DNA of 51,923 bases from Calditrichia bacterium (GTDB lineage: Bacteria; Calditrichota; Calditrichia; RBG-13-44-9; J075), in assembly GCA_050633245.1 (NCBI GenBank), contig JBOEGD010000014.1, positions 106,591-158,513 of the forward strand, in the 5' to 3' direction. The translations under genes and the position numbers were made by a program. Below the pieces are notes generated by a model. That model was not told the origin of the DNA. It saw nothing but the letters and a program-made list of their open reading frames with translations, and ran no database searches. This document shows, in pieces, positions 38,828 to 48,185 of the stretch. Each line of letters starts with the position of its first letter. Position 1 is the stretch's first letter.

Positions 38828-39607
38828 TTAATACATTTGTTGAAGGAGGGCATAATTCTGAAAAATATCATCCACATAACCAACCGTCTCATTTGATCCA
38901 TAAAAATAACCAAAGTCGGGACGACCCTGCGGCCATACTTCCAGGTGCAGATTGCGGTGCTTTGGCGTCAGCAGCGGAAGGCATTCCCGAACGGCCTCCC
39001 AGGTATTGGGATCGAGCTTCTTGAAACGCGCGATGTCCTGTGCGTCGAACACGCGTGCCGGGCCACCGTTATATGCAGCCAGCGCCAACTTAATGCGATT
39101 TTCCGCATCCGCTTCCTTAAAATACTTCAACTGCTTATTCATGTGGTAGATTCCGGCATTAATATTCTCATGCGGATCATCTTTGATATAGGCAATATCC
39201 AGTTCACTGGTTATTTCACGAGCTGTTCGCGGCATTATTTGCATTAGTCCCATCGCACCAACATGGCTACGAGCATCTTCACGAAAGTAGGACTCTTTTA
39301 AAATCTGGGCAATTACCAGGCGCCAGTCGATACCATATCGCTTGGAATACTTGCGAATTCCCGGGTAATAAGCCTTGATTTTTGTAGAAAAATCTCTGGG
39401 AAGGGCACGTCTGCGAAAACGCTCGACATCGGCGCGACGCGCTTTTTTTTGCGAAATTTCTCGCTCGATCATAGCCGTTAACGTATCCTGTTCAGCAAAA
39501 GAGTGAACCACATTTGCGGTATCGGTTTGACATCCTACAAACGAGAATAAAACCGGCAGGAAAAGAATCAGTACACTTAGCTTCATCATAATATTTCTCA
39601 ACATCAT
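38828..39607 (-). CDS. Lytic transglycosylase (SLT, MltF-like catalytic domain) lipoprotein
   Basis: Lipobox FVGC; KESYF, GAMGLMQIMP, AAYNGG, ETVGYV. Confidence 0.9.
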   Translation of the reverse strand: MMLRNIMMKLSVLILFLPVLFSFVGCQTDTANVVHSFAEQDTLTAMIEREISQKKARRADVERFRRRALPRDFSTKIKAYYPGIRKYSKRYGIDWRLVIAQILKESYFREDARSHVGAMGLMQIMPRTAREITSELDIAYIKDDPHENINAGIYHMNKQLKYFKEADAENRIKLALAAYNGGPARVFDAQDIARFKKLDPNTWEAVRECLPLLTPKHRNLHLEVWPQGRPDFGYFYGSNETVGYVDDIFQNYALLQQMY

Positions 39608-39860
39608 TCTTTTTCATACGGTAGCTGCAAAGCCTTCTGCCCGGCAACGACCAATTTCTATAAAGGAGTCGAGATGAAGGTATGATCACCTTCAATGAAA
39701 TGCTGCCAAAAACCGCCTCCCATGCGATAACTATCCGGATACATTAAGTCCGAAACCCTGTTAAAACAATCGGCTTACTTGGCTAATTCGTGAGTCAATA
39801 TCCGTATTTACCCAATACTCCATATTGATACATAACATATATCTAAAAACGCGCTACAAA

Positions 39861-40313
39861 TTATAATTGCTCTGACTGTTCATTTTTCTTATCTATCTCC
39901 GCAGCTGATCGATCGGCATAACCGGCAAATCGCATTGCTCCATACGCCAGAAGTGTAATCATACTTCCCTCAACGATCAGGTCTGATGCAATTGCAACGG
40001 CCACAGCAGCGGTAATCCACAATGCCAGAGCCGTATATAATGCATCAAAATGTAGTCCTCCCGCCATGACAATTGTCACACCAAGTAAACCAATTCCGGC
40101 AACAATAAATGCCAACACCGGTCCCTGAATCGGATAGATAAGATTTTCTGCTACAATCATCAATAAACAGCAGCCACTGCCAACTAACATCAGAAGATGA
40201 GCTGAGGTAAAAAGATCACCTTTTCCCGGCCGAATGCTTAACAAAAGCGAGCATAGCGCGGCCAGGAGCACCTTAAAGACGTTGGTTAGTGTTAAAAAAA
40301 GCGCTAATTCCAT
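39861..40313 (-). CDS. MgtC/SapB-like membrane protein (divergent)
   Basis: Hydrophobic; IVAGIGLLG and LYTALALWITAAV resemble MgtC motifs. Confidence 0.6.
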   Translation of the reverse strand: MELALFLTLTNVFKVLLAALCSLLLSIRPGKGDLFTSAHLLMLVGSGCCLLMIVAENLIYPIQGPVLAFIVAGIGLLGVTIVMAGGLHFDALYTALALWITAAVAVAIASDLIVEGSMITLLAYGAMRFAGYADRSAAEIDKKNEQSEQL

Positions 40314-40364
40314 AACTGGCTAATCCGTTTCTATTCTATTAAAACTACCTAAGTCTACGACTTT

Positions 40365-41669
40365 TCAATGTGCTGGTTGCTGATTTATTTGAGTCGCGGC
40401 CACTTCCAAAGCGCCCTGCTGATAAAAACCGCTTTTCTTAACCAGACCACGAACAGTCTCATTGTCGAAACGTTCGGCCAGTCGAGCTGCTAATTTTGGA
40501 CTTTCCGTTCGTGGAAACTGTTCATATATATCCTCAAGATAGGCACATAATCCAGGATTATTATTCCGAATTCCCCAAACAGTCAGCAAAGGAAGTGTGC
40601 CGTTTAAAATACATTGTCTGGCGCGCTCATCACCGATACTGCGCACAATATCCTGCCCGTTTAATTGACGAACCTCTTTGCGAAGCTGTTGGTCTAGCGG
40701 TCGCTGTAGACAAGTCATCCATCCCTGTAGCGCATGCTTTAACGGTTGCCGCTCGACAGCAACCTCCAGCAGACTTTCGAACAACGAAGGCTGTTGGAAG
40801 TCGAACAAAATTTGTGCCAACCCGGCAAGCCTTGCAGCCGGTCTGTTAGACGGACGCAGTCGTGAAAAGTTCCAATCTTCCAGTGATAGCACCGGGTAAT
40901 CGCCTTCGCGGCGAAAGCGATTTGTCAGTTCGTGCAACGGGGAGTTCTCGGAAATACGTGACGGTTCGATTAAACCAGCTGCCCAGCACCAGTAACTCCA
41001 CAAGAGGAGCGGCGAGCGTTGTAACAGAGGAAAGCGACGAAAAACCTGAGATGGAGGACGCTGCCAAAGCAACTGCCTGAATGGTGCGCTATTGCGTGAG
41101 TAACCCAGCGTAACGGCCAGCGTAGTATAAGCAGTATCTGCCATGCCCAGCTGCTCACTCCAGACCGCAAGGCGGTGCACCTTTCGAGCAAAACGACGAT
41201 CGGCATAATCTGCCAGCTCATCCACCTCCAATTGAAAGGGCATCCCGTCTTCCGAGGCCTCTTCACGATCTAACGCCTGCATTAAAGCATGCCACTGATC
41301 GAAACTGCACGCAAGATTGGATTGAACAGCAACTTGCACAAAACGCGGGTCGAGCTCCGATGGCACCGTCTTGTCACCCCAAATCAGATGTAATATCACC
41401 GAGCGATAACGCCTGTCCGAATCGTGTCCGTGGTGAAACCAGTCTCGACCATCCACGTGAAATTCTACGTCACCGCGATAGCAGACGCCGTCGATCTCCA
41501 GCAGAGCTCCCATTACATCAGGCCCGTTGCCGGTGTTCAGCTCGCCGCGTTCAAGAATGCGAACAGACTGACCACAGCTTCCCTGAAGCGTATCTAAAAG
41601 CAGCTTCTCATGGAAGTACGTCCAGCTTATCCAGCACTCCGGAAAACGATCGGTATTTTTTTCTTGCAT
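40365..41669 (-). CDS. DUF2851-family protein
   Basis: GPDV...GDVEFH...DWFHHGH.D..Y.SVILHLIW; LGYSRN; RLRPSNRP..RL. Confidence 0.85.
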   Translation of the reverse strand: MQEKNTDRFPECWISWTYFHEKLLLDTLQGSCGQSVRILERGELNTGNGPDVMGALLEIDGVCYRGDVEFHVDGRDWFHHGHDSDRRYRSVILHLIWGDKTVPSELDPRFVQVAVQSNLACSFDQWHALMQALDREEASEDGMPFQLEVDELADYADRRFARKVHRLAVWSEQLGMADTAYTTLAVTLGYSRNSAPFRQLLWQRPPSQVFRRFPLLQRSPLLLWSYWCWAAGLIEPSRISENSPLHELTNRFRREGDYPVLSLEDWNFSRLRPSNRPAARLAGLAQILFDFQQPSLFESLLEVAVERQPLKHALQGWMTCLQRPLDQQLRKEVRQLNGQDIVRSIGDERARQCILNGTLPLLTVWGIRNNNPGLCAYLEDIYEQFPRTESPKLAARLAERFDNETVRGLVKKSGFYQQGALEVAATQINQQPAH

Positions 41670-41685
41670 TATCTTATTCCTTCTA

Positions 41686-41707
41686 TTATATTACAATTGC
41701 AATATAA
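41686..41707. promoter_or_regulatory. 22-bp near-perfect palindrome, candidate XRE operator
   Basis: TTATATTACAATTGCAATATAA between divergent DUF2851 and XRE genes. Confidence 0.55.
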
Positions 41708-41753
41708 CAAAACGAATATTGTATCGCAATCCTTTTTTGACGGAGCGGAACAA

Positions 41754-42119
41754 TTGATTGACAAAATGGAGGTTGGCGGTCGCATAAAGCGAATTATGAA
41801 GCAGGCCCAGATGAATCAAGTGGATCTGGCTGCATACCTGGGTATTAGTCAGCCAGCGGTGTCTCAGTACTTACAGGGACGGATAGCACCGGCAGAGGTG
41901 TTACTGAACATCGCTCGGCTGGGTAATACCACTACCGAATGGATACTTACCGGCAATCCCGCCACATCTTCCCCCTCTCGTGTTAAAGAAGCCCAAGCAG
42001 ATTATCAGGCACACCCCCTCTTTCTGGCATGGAGTCGCTTGCCCTCGGCAATTCAACGCGATCTGCTCGCTCTCATTCGGCATCTTGCGGAAAAACAGGG
42101 AGCAGGGAGCAGGGAGTAG
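41754..42119 (+). CDS. XRE/Cro-CI family HTH regulator
   Basis: RIKRIMKQAQMNQVDLAAYLGISQPAVSQY...EWILTG; start TTG 41754 (GGAG RBS) or ATG 41766. Confidence 0.88.
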   Translation: MIDKMEVGGRIKRIMKQAQMNQVDLAAYLGISQPAVSQYLQGRIAPAEVLLNIARLGNTTTEWILTGNPATSSPSRVKEAQADYQAHPLFLAWSRLPSAIQRDLLALIRHLAEKQGAGSRE

Positions 42120-42210
42120 TCCCCGTTTGTTATCTGCCGTTCGTTTTTTTGCCGTCTGGTTTTTGCCGTTCGTTGTTTGCCGTTCGTTTTCTGCCGTTCG
42201 TTTTCTGCCG
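42096..42210. repeat. (CAGGGAG)x3 followed by about six 14-nt units (consensus TGCCGTTCGTTTTC)
   Basis: Heptamers at 42096-42116; TGCCG at 42135, 42150, 42164, 42178, 42192, 42206. Confidence 0.88.
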
Positions 42211-42288
42211 CTCACCCATTCTCCCACTCGTTAGATTCTGTGTTCTTGCCGGCATTTTTTCCTTGACTTTTCAATTTTTATCGATTAT

Positions 42289-42341
42289 ATAGTTAGGACT
42301 TCTAATCAAACTAAACATAAAATAGTTAGGAATCCTACACA
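42289..42341 (+). promoter_or_regulatory. Two palindromic operator boxes (TAGGA-N-TCCTA core) overlapping a sigma-70-like promoter
   Basis: ATAGTTAGGACTTCTAATCA and ATAGTTAGGAATCCTACACA; TTGACT at 42263. Confidence 0.7.
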
Positions 42342-42352
42342 GAAGGTGCGCT

Positions 42353-43072
42353 ATGAAGAAACTAAGTCTTATTTTAATCACACTCGTGATCAGCCAAATC
42401 GTCAATGCAAAGCAGCCACAACCCAAAGACAATCCGGATCTGCAAATACGACAGGCCTCCGCAATATTCGACAAACAATTGAATCAGCTTATTTTCGAAA
42501 TCACCGTTAACGGCATTGCCGGAGAAACGACACCAGCCGCTCGTGGGCAGCTCGACGAGGCACCAGTACTGGGCTACGTTTTCCCCACGACACTCAAAGC
42601 GACGGACGTCGGCTTTGGAGAAACCGATGGCATCGTAGCACTGGCTCTTACATCTCACCCGGATTTTGATGACACGCCGCTCTGGGATGAAAATGCAAAT
42701 GCAAACTATGGAGATGATGGTGTCGTCTGGCACCCACACTGGGTAATTCTGGTCGAAGACAAGCGCGTTCCCGGCGGGCTTTCAGTCAAACAATTCGAAA
42801 AGGGGGATAGCGATGTTATTTTACCGCCAACCAATCCCGGCATGCCAATGTACATGGATTCACCAGGCTATCCGGTTATCACCCATGGCGCTTCAATTAA
42901 AGTAATTGTTCCGGGCTACCGTATTCGCAATAAAACAGATTTCAGTTTTGATGGCGTTGCAGCCTATATGCAGGTTAATACCTCTGACCCCGAAAAGCCC
43001 ATGCTTGGCGTATACACCGTATACAGCATTGCATCAGGCAATCTTAGCCTACCCTACAAAGTAAAAAAATAA
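42353..43072 (+). CDS. Secreted conserved hypothetical protein with His/Asp-rich motif
   Basis: Signal peptide; SHPDFDDTPLWDEN...DDGVVWHPHWV. Confidence 0.8.
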   Translation: MKKLSLILITLVISQIVNAKQPQPKDNPDLQIRQASAIFDKQLNQLIFEITVNGIAGETTPAARGQLDEAPVLGYVFPTTLKATDVGFGETDGIVALALTSHPDFDDTPLWDENANANYGDDGVVWHPHWVILVEDKRVPGGLSVKQFEKGDSDVILPPTNPGMPMYMDSPGYPVITHGASIKVIVPGYRIRNKTDFSFDGVAAYMQVNTSDPEKPMLGVYTVYSIASGNLSLPYKVKK

Positions 43073-43083
43073 AGGACGACATC

Positions 43084-43341
43084 ATGAAGGCCTCGGTATT
43101 TGACACATATGTACCACGCAAGGAAGGCGGTGTTATGCATTTTGACATCGTCGTTCCTGTGAACACAACATTTGAGGACGTTCAAAAGTTTGGACTGCTC
43201 TATCTGACGGAGAAAAAACAGGGCTCCCAGCCACTAACGACAAAGGAATGCCGCTTCTGCCATATTGGTACAGCAACAGACGCGATGAAGCAGGATATTG
43301 TGCAAAAAGGGTATCATATTATTGAAATTGACGGCTGTTAA
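43084..43341 (+). CDS. DUF2024-family protein
   Basis: VFDTYV...MHFDI, ECRFCH, terminal Cys. Confidence 0.85.
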   Translation: MKASVFDTYVPRKEGGVMHFDIVVPVNTTFEDVQKFGLLYLTEKKQGSQPLTTKECRFCHIGTATDAMKQDIVQKGYHIIEIDGC

Positions 43342-43348
43342 ATGAAAC

Positions 43349-43391
43349 GTGCTTCGGGAAACACAGGCCCCGAAGCACTTTATGCTTTTTT
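43349..43391 (+). terminator. Intrinsic terminator
   Basis: GTGCTTCGGG...CCCGAAGCAC followed by T-rich tract. Confidence 0.75.
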
Positions 43392-43431
43392 AACCCTAAA
43401 AACCCGAGTATCTTATCAGCAGGAAAAGATT

Positions 43432-43713
43432 ATGAAAAACAAACCTTATACACCAATTGACTGCTCGTTCTACGACAGAATTGAAGCAGCTATAGTTAAG
43501 GGCAAACCGCTCGAGCTTAGCTATGAAGATGAAGCCGGAACGGCTCATACCAGCCAGCTATTGCTTGTCGACACGGTAATAAAAGACAAGCAGGAATTTG
43601 TCGCATGTGGTAGCGGACAATTAATCCGCATGGATCGCATTAAAAGCCTGGATGGCGTTGAACCTCCCACGTCTAACAGCTGTGCCCTCCCGGACAATAA
43701 CTCTGTAGAATAA
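43432..43713 (+). CDS. Rof/YaeO-like protein (Rho-binding antiterminator family)
   Basis: YTPIDCSFYDRIE...EFV...IRMDRI; AGGA RBS before ATG 43432. Confidence 0.75.
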   Translation: MKNKPYTPIDCSFYDRIEAAIVKGKPLELSYEDEAGTAHTSQLLLVDTVIKDKQEFVACGSGQLIRMDRIKSLDGVEPPTSNSCALPDNNSVE

Positions 43714-43730
43714 CTACGAAGAGATTTTTA

Positions 43731-44348
43731 ATGACAGATTTAAAGCGCTCTATTTTCGATTTGCAAACTCAGCAGACTGACACTGCAGCAAAGGCAGTCG
43801 TTGCACTGGAGCGCATTGCAGAAAGCTTTCGCGTCGCACTTTGGGAGAAAGCCAAAACAAATTCCTTAAGCCCTTTGCAGGTTCAGTTGCTCATTTTTCT
43901 ACAGTTTCACCCTGAGAAGCAGCGCAATGTTTCCTACCTCTCTCATGAATTCAACATGTCGAAACCCACGATAAGTGATGCAATAAAAGCGCTGCACAAT
44001 AAAGGTCATATAGAAAAAGAGGTAAATTCGGACGATCGGAGGGCCTATCACATCAATCTTACATCGTCTGGAAAACAGCTATCTGAAGAGCTGGCAGATT
44101 TTGCTAATCCGCTTCGCACCAAAATAGCCTCCTGGCCAGATGCTTCCCAAGCTGAATTTCTTGAAAGTCTTATGCAGGTAATGCGCTCTCTTCAAACGCT
44201 CAATCTTATCAGTCCTCAACGCATGTGCCTTAACTGCAGATTCTTTGAGCAATCGGCTGATGGGTATTATTGTAATTTTCTAAAGAGTCCGTTGGCAAGG
44301 GAGGAATTGAGAGTTGATTGTCCGGAGTTTGAGGAGAGTGAACGGTAA
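43731..44348 (+). CDS. MarR-family regulator with C-terminal four-Cys domain
   Basis: LSPLQVQLL, SKPTISDAIKAL, DDRRAYHINLT; CLNC...YYC...DCPEF. Confidence 0.9.
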   Translation: MTDLKRSIFDLQTQQTDTAAKAVVALERIAESFRVALWEKAKTNSLSPLQVQLLIFLQFHPEKQRNVSYLSHEFNMSKPTISDAIKALHNKGHIEKEVNSDDRRAYHINLTSSGKQLSEELADFANPLRTKIASWPDASQAEFLESLMQVMRSLQTLNLISPQRMCLNCRFFEQSADGYYCNFLKSPLAREELRVDCPEFEESER

Positions 44349-44404
44349 TCGGTAATCTACGTGCGGATGTAGCGTTGGAAAACCGCAAAAGCTATAGGTA
44401 TTGG

Positions 44405-45376
44405 CTAATACTGGCGTTTTCGCAGGAATAGAGCAATTTGATACAGTAGGTTATCATCGGTAAGCAGCTGAACGCTGGCAAGTGATTTTAGAGCGCGATC
44501 GATATATTGATCTGCCTCGTGCTGCACCTGCTTTACGAGATCCAACTCGTGCAGGGCTTTCTGAAAACCCTGAAAGGAGTTGAAGCCAGCCGGGCGAGAC
44601 GGATAACGCGCAGCTAAAGTGCTGTCTCCCTGAACCACTTCCATGTATTTCAAAGCAACGTAAGTCTTTTTATCCATGCGAAAGTCGCTGCCAACCTGCT
44701 TGCCAAGCTTCTGCTCATCTGCAATAAAGTCCAGCAAATCATCCTGAATCTGGAAACCAAGTCCCAAATCGTAGCCAAACGACCGCAATGCCTCAACCTG
44801 GTCGGATGTTCCACCACCGCAAATTGCACCAATCGAACAGGCAATCATAATTAACCAGGCTGTTTTTTTGCCGATCATATCAATGTATTCTTCACTTGTC
44901 ACATCAGAGCGATTTTCAAACTCCTTGTCTAAAGCTTGTCCTTCACAAACCTTGATCAATGCTTCCGTGAAGATATTTGTAATTGGCGTGGCGGCGTGCT
45001 CCGGAGAACGCATTAGCTCCTGATAGGCAATACCAATTAACAAGTCGCCGGTGAGAATAGCCGTTCCTTCATCATACTTTACGTGGACGGTTGAAAAACC
45101 GCGACGCTTTTCATCCTCATCCATAATATCATCATGAATAAGTGTAAAGTCGTGAAACAGCTCGATAGCAGTTGCCGCCGGCAAAGCCTGCTCAACCCGA
45201 CCACCGACAGCTAACGCAGAAAAAAGCGCCATGAGTGGACGAACTTTTTTTCCGGGCATTTGCAGCACATAGCGCATTGGTTCACGCAACCCAAGCGGAA
45301 AGCGTTCATCAATAGTGGCAAACAGAGCAGAATCTATTTGGTCCAGAAAGGACTGAAAGGAATTCGATAGTTGCAC
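44405..45376 (-). CDS. Short-chain polyprenyl diphosphate synthase (GGPPS type I-like)
   Basis: GKKVRP, FARM FTLIHDDIMD...RRG, EGQALD, KKTA, SARM FQIQDDLLD. Confidence 0.92.
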   Translation of the reverse strand: MQLSNSFQSFLDQIDSALFATIDERFPLGLREPMRYVLQMPGKKVRPLMALFSALAVGGRVEQALPAATAIELFHDFTLIHDDIMDEDEKRRGFSTVHVKYDEGTAILTGDLLIGIAYQELMRSPEHAATPITNIFTEALIKVCEGQALDKEFENRSDVTSEEYIDMIGKKTAWLIMIACSIGAICGGGTSDQVEALRSFGYDLGLGFQIQDDLLDFIADEQKLGKQVGSDFRMDKKTYVALKYMEVVQGDSTLAARYPSRPAGFNSFQGFQKALHELDLVKQVQHEADQYIDRALKSLASVQLLTDDNLLYQIALFLRKRQY

Positions 45377-45390
45377 AGTAACCTGATACG

Positions 45391-45843
45391 TTATTTAAAA
45401 TCGTTAAAGATCGCCATATACTCTTCCGCCGTTGCGGCATTCGCCAAGCGTCCCAGCATCACGTCATCCTGAAAATTTACCGCAATTTTTGCCAGCATTT
45501 TTATATGCGGGCCACTGGTGTCCATCGGAGATAGGAGCAAAAACACATAATTAGTCGGATCACCGTCAAGTGAATCGAAATCCATACCGGCTTTTTGCAC
45601 TCCAAATGCAATCAGCACATCATCTACTGCCTCCGATTTGGCATGTGGAATGGCTAAGCCATTTTCAAGCCCGGTAGAAAGATATTCTTCGCGTTCAATC
45701 AGGTCTTTCAGGGCTTTTTCGCGATCGCGAATAGCACCATCATCAACCAACGCCTGAAGCAGGGTCTCGATGACCTTGTATTTATCTTCACCTGGCAGAT
45801 CGACAACAATTCTGTCGGCTGTAAGATAATCATTTATTCGCAT
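45391..45843 (-). CDS. PTS EIIA (PtsN/fructose type) protein
   Basis: EREEYLSTG, AIPHAK phospho-His, FDSLDG, HIKMLA; GAGGAG RBS. Confidence 0.9.
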   Translation of the reverse strand: MRINDYLTADRIVVDLPGEDKYKVIETLLQALVDDGAIRDREKALKDLIEREEYLSTGLENGLAIPHAKSEAVDDVLIAFGVQKAGMDFDSLDGDPTNYVFLLLSPMDTSGPHIKMLAKIAVNFQDDVMLGRLANAATAEEYMAIFNDFK

Positions 45844-45889
45844 TCTCTCCTCACTCATCTTGCCCAAAAAAATACAGTTTAGCGCGGAC

Positions 45890-45921
45890 TAATGCAATTT
45901 CAAATTATTGAAATTGCATTA
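45890..45921. repeat. Perfect 14-bp inverted repeat
   Basis: TAATGCAATTTCAA-ATTA-TTGAAATTGCATTA. Confidence 0.75.
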
Positions 45922-45941
45922 CATGTATTCAGGACGACCTA

Positions 45942-47045
45942 CTAACGCAGCAATATCATTCGACGCTGAGCTACTTGCTCATTTGTCGAGAGTTTATAAA
46001 AGTATATGCCGGTAGCTGCAGCATCACCGGCATCGGTAAAACCATTCCAATCTACAGCATGCTCCCCTGCCGGCATTGCCTCATCCAGAATGGTCTGCAC
46101 ATGCCTTCCACGCACATCGTACACCGTCAACTGCACGCGAGTTGATTTTTGTAAAACGAATGAAATCGTCGTCTTGGGGTTAAACGGATTGGGGTAATTC
46201 TGTCGTAGCTCGACTGTTTCGGGAATCTGATTCTGCACATTTTCGCTATCGTCATTGTCAATACCGGTTACCACACCAAAATAAGCTCTTCCAATTAGCG
46301 ACGTATCCAACACAAATGGATTTGGCCGTGCAGATTGATAAGAAGCGATCACCCACGTGCGATCGATTTCCGTCTGATCGACAGGATCGGCAGCATTCCA
46401 GCTTCGCCAGACGTCCTTTTGGCGTGTAAAGAAGCCCGAGTCTCCACTATTGTCGGCTTCCTGCTTATACATGGTATAGAAATAAAACATCGCTCTTGCT
46501 ACATCGCCTTTGTAGTCTTCCCTTGGCTCGAAGCGGCTGGTTCCACCAGAATCGAGTTCACTATATTCATCGCGGTTTTGGCTGGGTGGAGATGTGGTAT
46601 TGGACGAGTTGCGATACCAGCGGTCGGTCTGCGAATCGGGGATTTCGTCGAAGTCATAGGAGCTGCGAGCGCTATTTACATCAACCCGCGTAGGACGCAG
46701 ATGGTGCATGTCTCGTTCAGCATTGCCGGAAGAAGCTCCTTTTGAGCGTGGCCAGAGATGCTCCTGATTAATCCCGGCACCATTCTGATAAGCAGCCTGA
46801 CTGGGATCGAGCGCAGGATCGATATACATCGTAAAACCGGTATACACGCAACTTAGACTGTCACTAAAATTATAAATTATTGAATACATGGTATCTTTGG
46901 TATTCGCAAGGCTGAGCACGCTACTCGGCTTGTAGCTCGTCACCAGATTGCCAAGTAATTGAGTACCGGACTGTCCGGGAAAAATGGGTTGCGCAAATAA
47001 ACCAAAAGTGCAGAAAATCAAAAAAACAATAATTACTCGAGGCAT
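45942..47045 (-). CDS. Secreted endonuclease I (EndA/NucM family) with C-terminal Por/FlgD-type sorting domain
   Basis: NQEHLWPRS, DMHHLRP, FEPREDYKGDVARAMFYF, NPFV; QNYPNPFNP...GIYFY. Confidence 0.9.
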   Translation of the reverse strand: MPRVIIVFLIFCTFGLFAQPIFPGQSGTQLLGNLVTSYKPSSVLSLANTKDTMYSIIYNFSDSLSCVYTGFTMYIDPALDPSQAAYQNGAGINQEHLWPRSKGASSGNAERDMHHLRPTRVDVNSARSSYDFDEIPDSQTDRWYRNSSNTTSPPSQNRDEYSELDSGGTSRFEPREDYKGDVARAMFYFYTMYKQEADNSGDSGFFTRQKDVWRSWNAADPVDQTEIDRTWVIASYQSARPNPFVLDTSLIGRAYFGVVTGIDNDDSENVQNQIPETVELRQNYPNPFNPKTTISFVLQKSTRVQLTVYDVRGRHVQTILDEAMPAGEHAVDWNGFTDAGDAAATGIYFYKLSTNEQVAQRRMILLR

Positions 47046-47141
47046 TCTATATTCCTGTTAAGTGTTTTGCGACAAAATGACAAACCCAGCCTTTTGATGC
47101 CGGGTTTAGAAAATATAGCAAACCAATTCGGGTGAATACAA

Positions 47142-48107
47142 TTAGAGGTATTTTTTTCCTTGCCATACATCCATGTCGCGCATACGCTTTTCGATCTCCT
47201 GCTGCACATCGCTTGCGCGAACGTTCCAAATTGGCGCAACGAGATGTTCGGGGTGCGTCTCACCAACCAAGCGCTGGATTTGGATATCGGGTCTTAGGCG
47301 CTGCAAAAATTCAACGACAAAATCTACGTATTCATCGTATTCGAACACCGGGAAGGGCTCACGGCTATACTGTACAGCAAGCTGCGTTTTCTTTACAATG
47401 TGCAGATGATGAAGCTTTATGGCATTAATTGGATAGCGCGAAACGACTTCAGCGGCCTTCAGCATATCCTCGTGGGTTTCACCGGGCAAGCCCAGAATCA
47501 GATGTGTGCAAAGATGAATTCCACGGCCGGCAGTCATTTCTACTGCATCTGCCCACTCCTGAAAGGTATGACCGCGATTTAACTGTTCCAAAGTACGGTC
47601 GTAAATAGATTCCAAACCATACTCAATACTCACATATTGCTCTTTCGCCAGCTCTTCAAAGTAGGCAATCTTTTCCTCATCGACGCAATCCGGTCGGGTA
47701 CCGATTGTTAATCCCTTTACCTGCGGATGCTGTAGTGCCTGCTTATACAAGCCTTTCAGATAATCCAGCGGAGCATAGGTATTGCTGTATGCCTGGAAAT
47801 ACACCATAAAATGAGACACCTTATAGCGACGCGCCATAAACTCGATACCGCTCTCGACCTGCTGAGCAATGCTCATACCCGGTTTACAGTATGGCGGCAC
47901 AAAGCTGACATTATTACAGTAGGTGCAGCCGCCAAAAGCCTTGGTACCATCGCGATTCGGACAGGTAAATCCAGCATCAACCGAAACTTTTTGCAAGCGG
48001 CCACCGAAGCGTTGCTTCAGATATTCCACATATGCATTGTAACGGCGCTTGGATTTCCACGGGAAATCTACTTCTGGAGCATCTTGTATGGTGATGTTAT
48101 CAGACAT
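47142..48107 (-). CDS. yhcC: Radical SAM protein, TIGR01212/YhcC family
   Basis: FTCPNRDG...GGCTYC, YFQAYSNTY, IGTRPDC, NRGH, IKLHHL. Confidence 0.92.
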   Translation of the reverse strand: MSDNITIQDAPEVDFPWKSKRRYNAYVEYLKQRFGGRLQKVSVDAGFTCPNRDGTKAFGGCTYCNNVSFVPPYCKPGMSIAQQVESGIEFMARRYKVSHFMVYFQAYSNTYAPLDYLKGLYKQALQHPQVKGLTIGTRPDCVDEEKIAYFEELAKEQYVSIEYGLESIYDRTLEQLNRGHTFQEWADAVEMTAGRGIHLCTHLILGLPGETHEDMLKAAEVVSRYPINAIKLHHLHIVKKTQLAVQYSREPFPVFEYDEYVDFVVEFLQRLRPDIQIQRLVGETHPEHLVAPIWNVRASDVQQEIEKRMRDMDVWQGKKYL

Positions 48108-48185
48108 TGTACAATTTATGGGTTATGAATGACTACTGATGAATGATTAGTTATGATTGATTAGGTATGATTGATCATTCGTAAA

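Noticed and set aside
39608-39860. c-di-AMP or c-di-GMP riboswitch upstream of the lytic transglycosylase
   Set aside because: Diagnostic conserved motifs not found on the minus strand
41610-42119. Prophage repressor marking a prophage
   Set aside because: No integrase, structural or replication genes nearby
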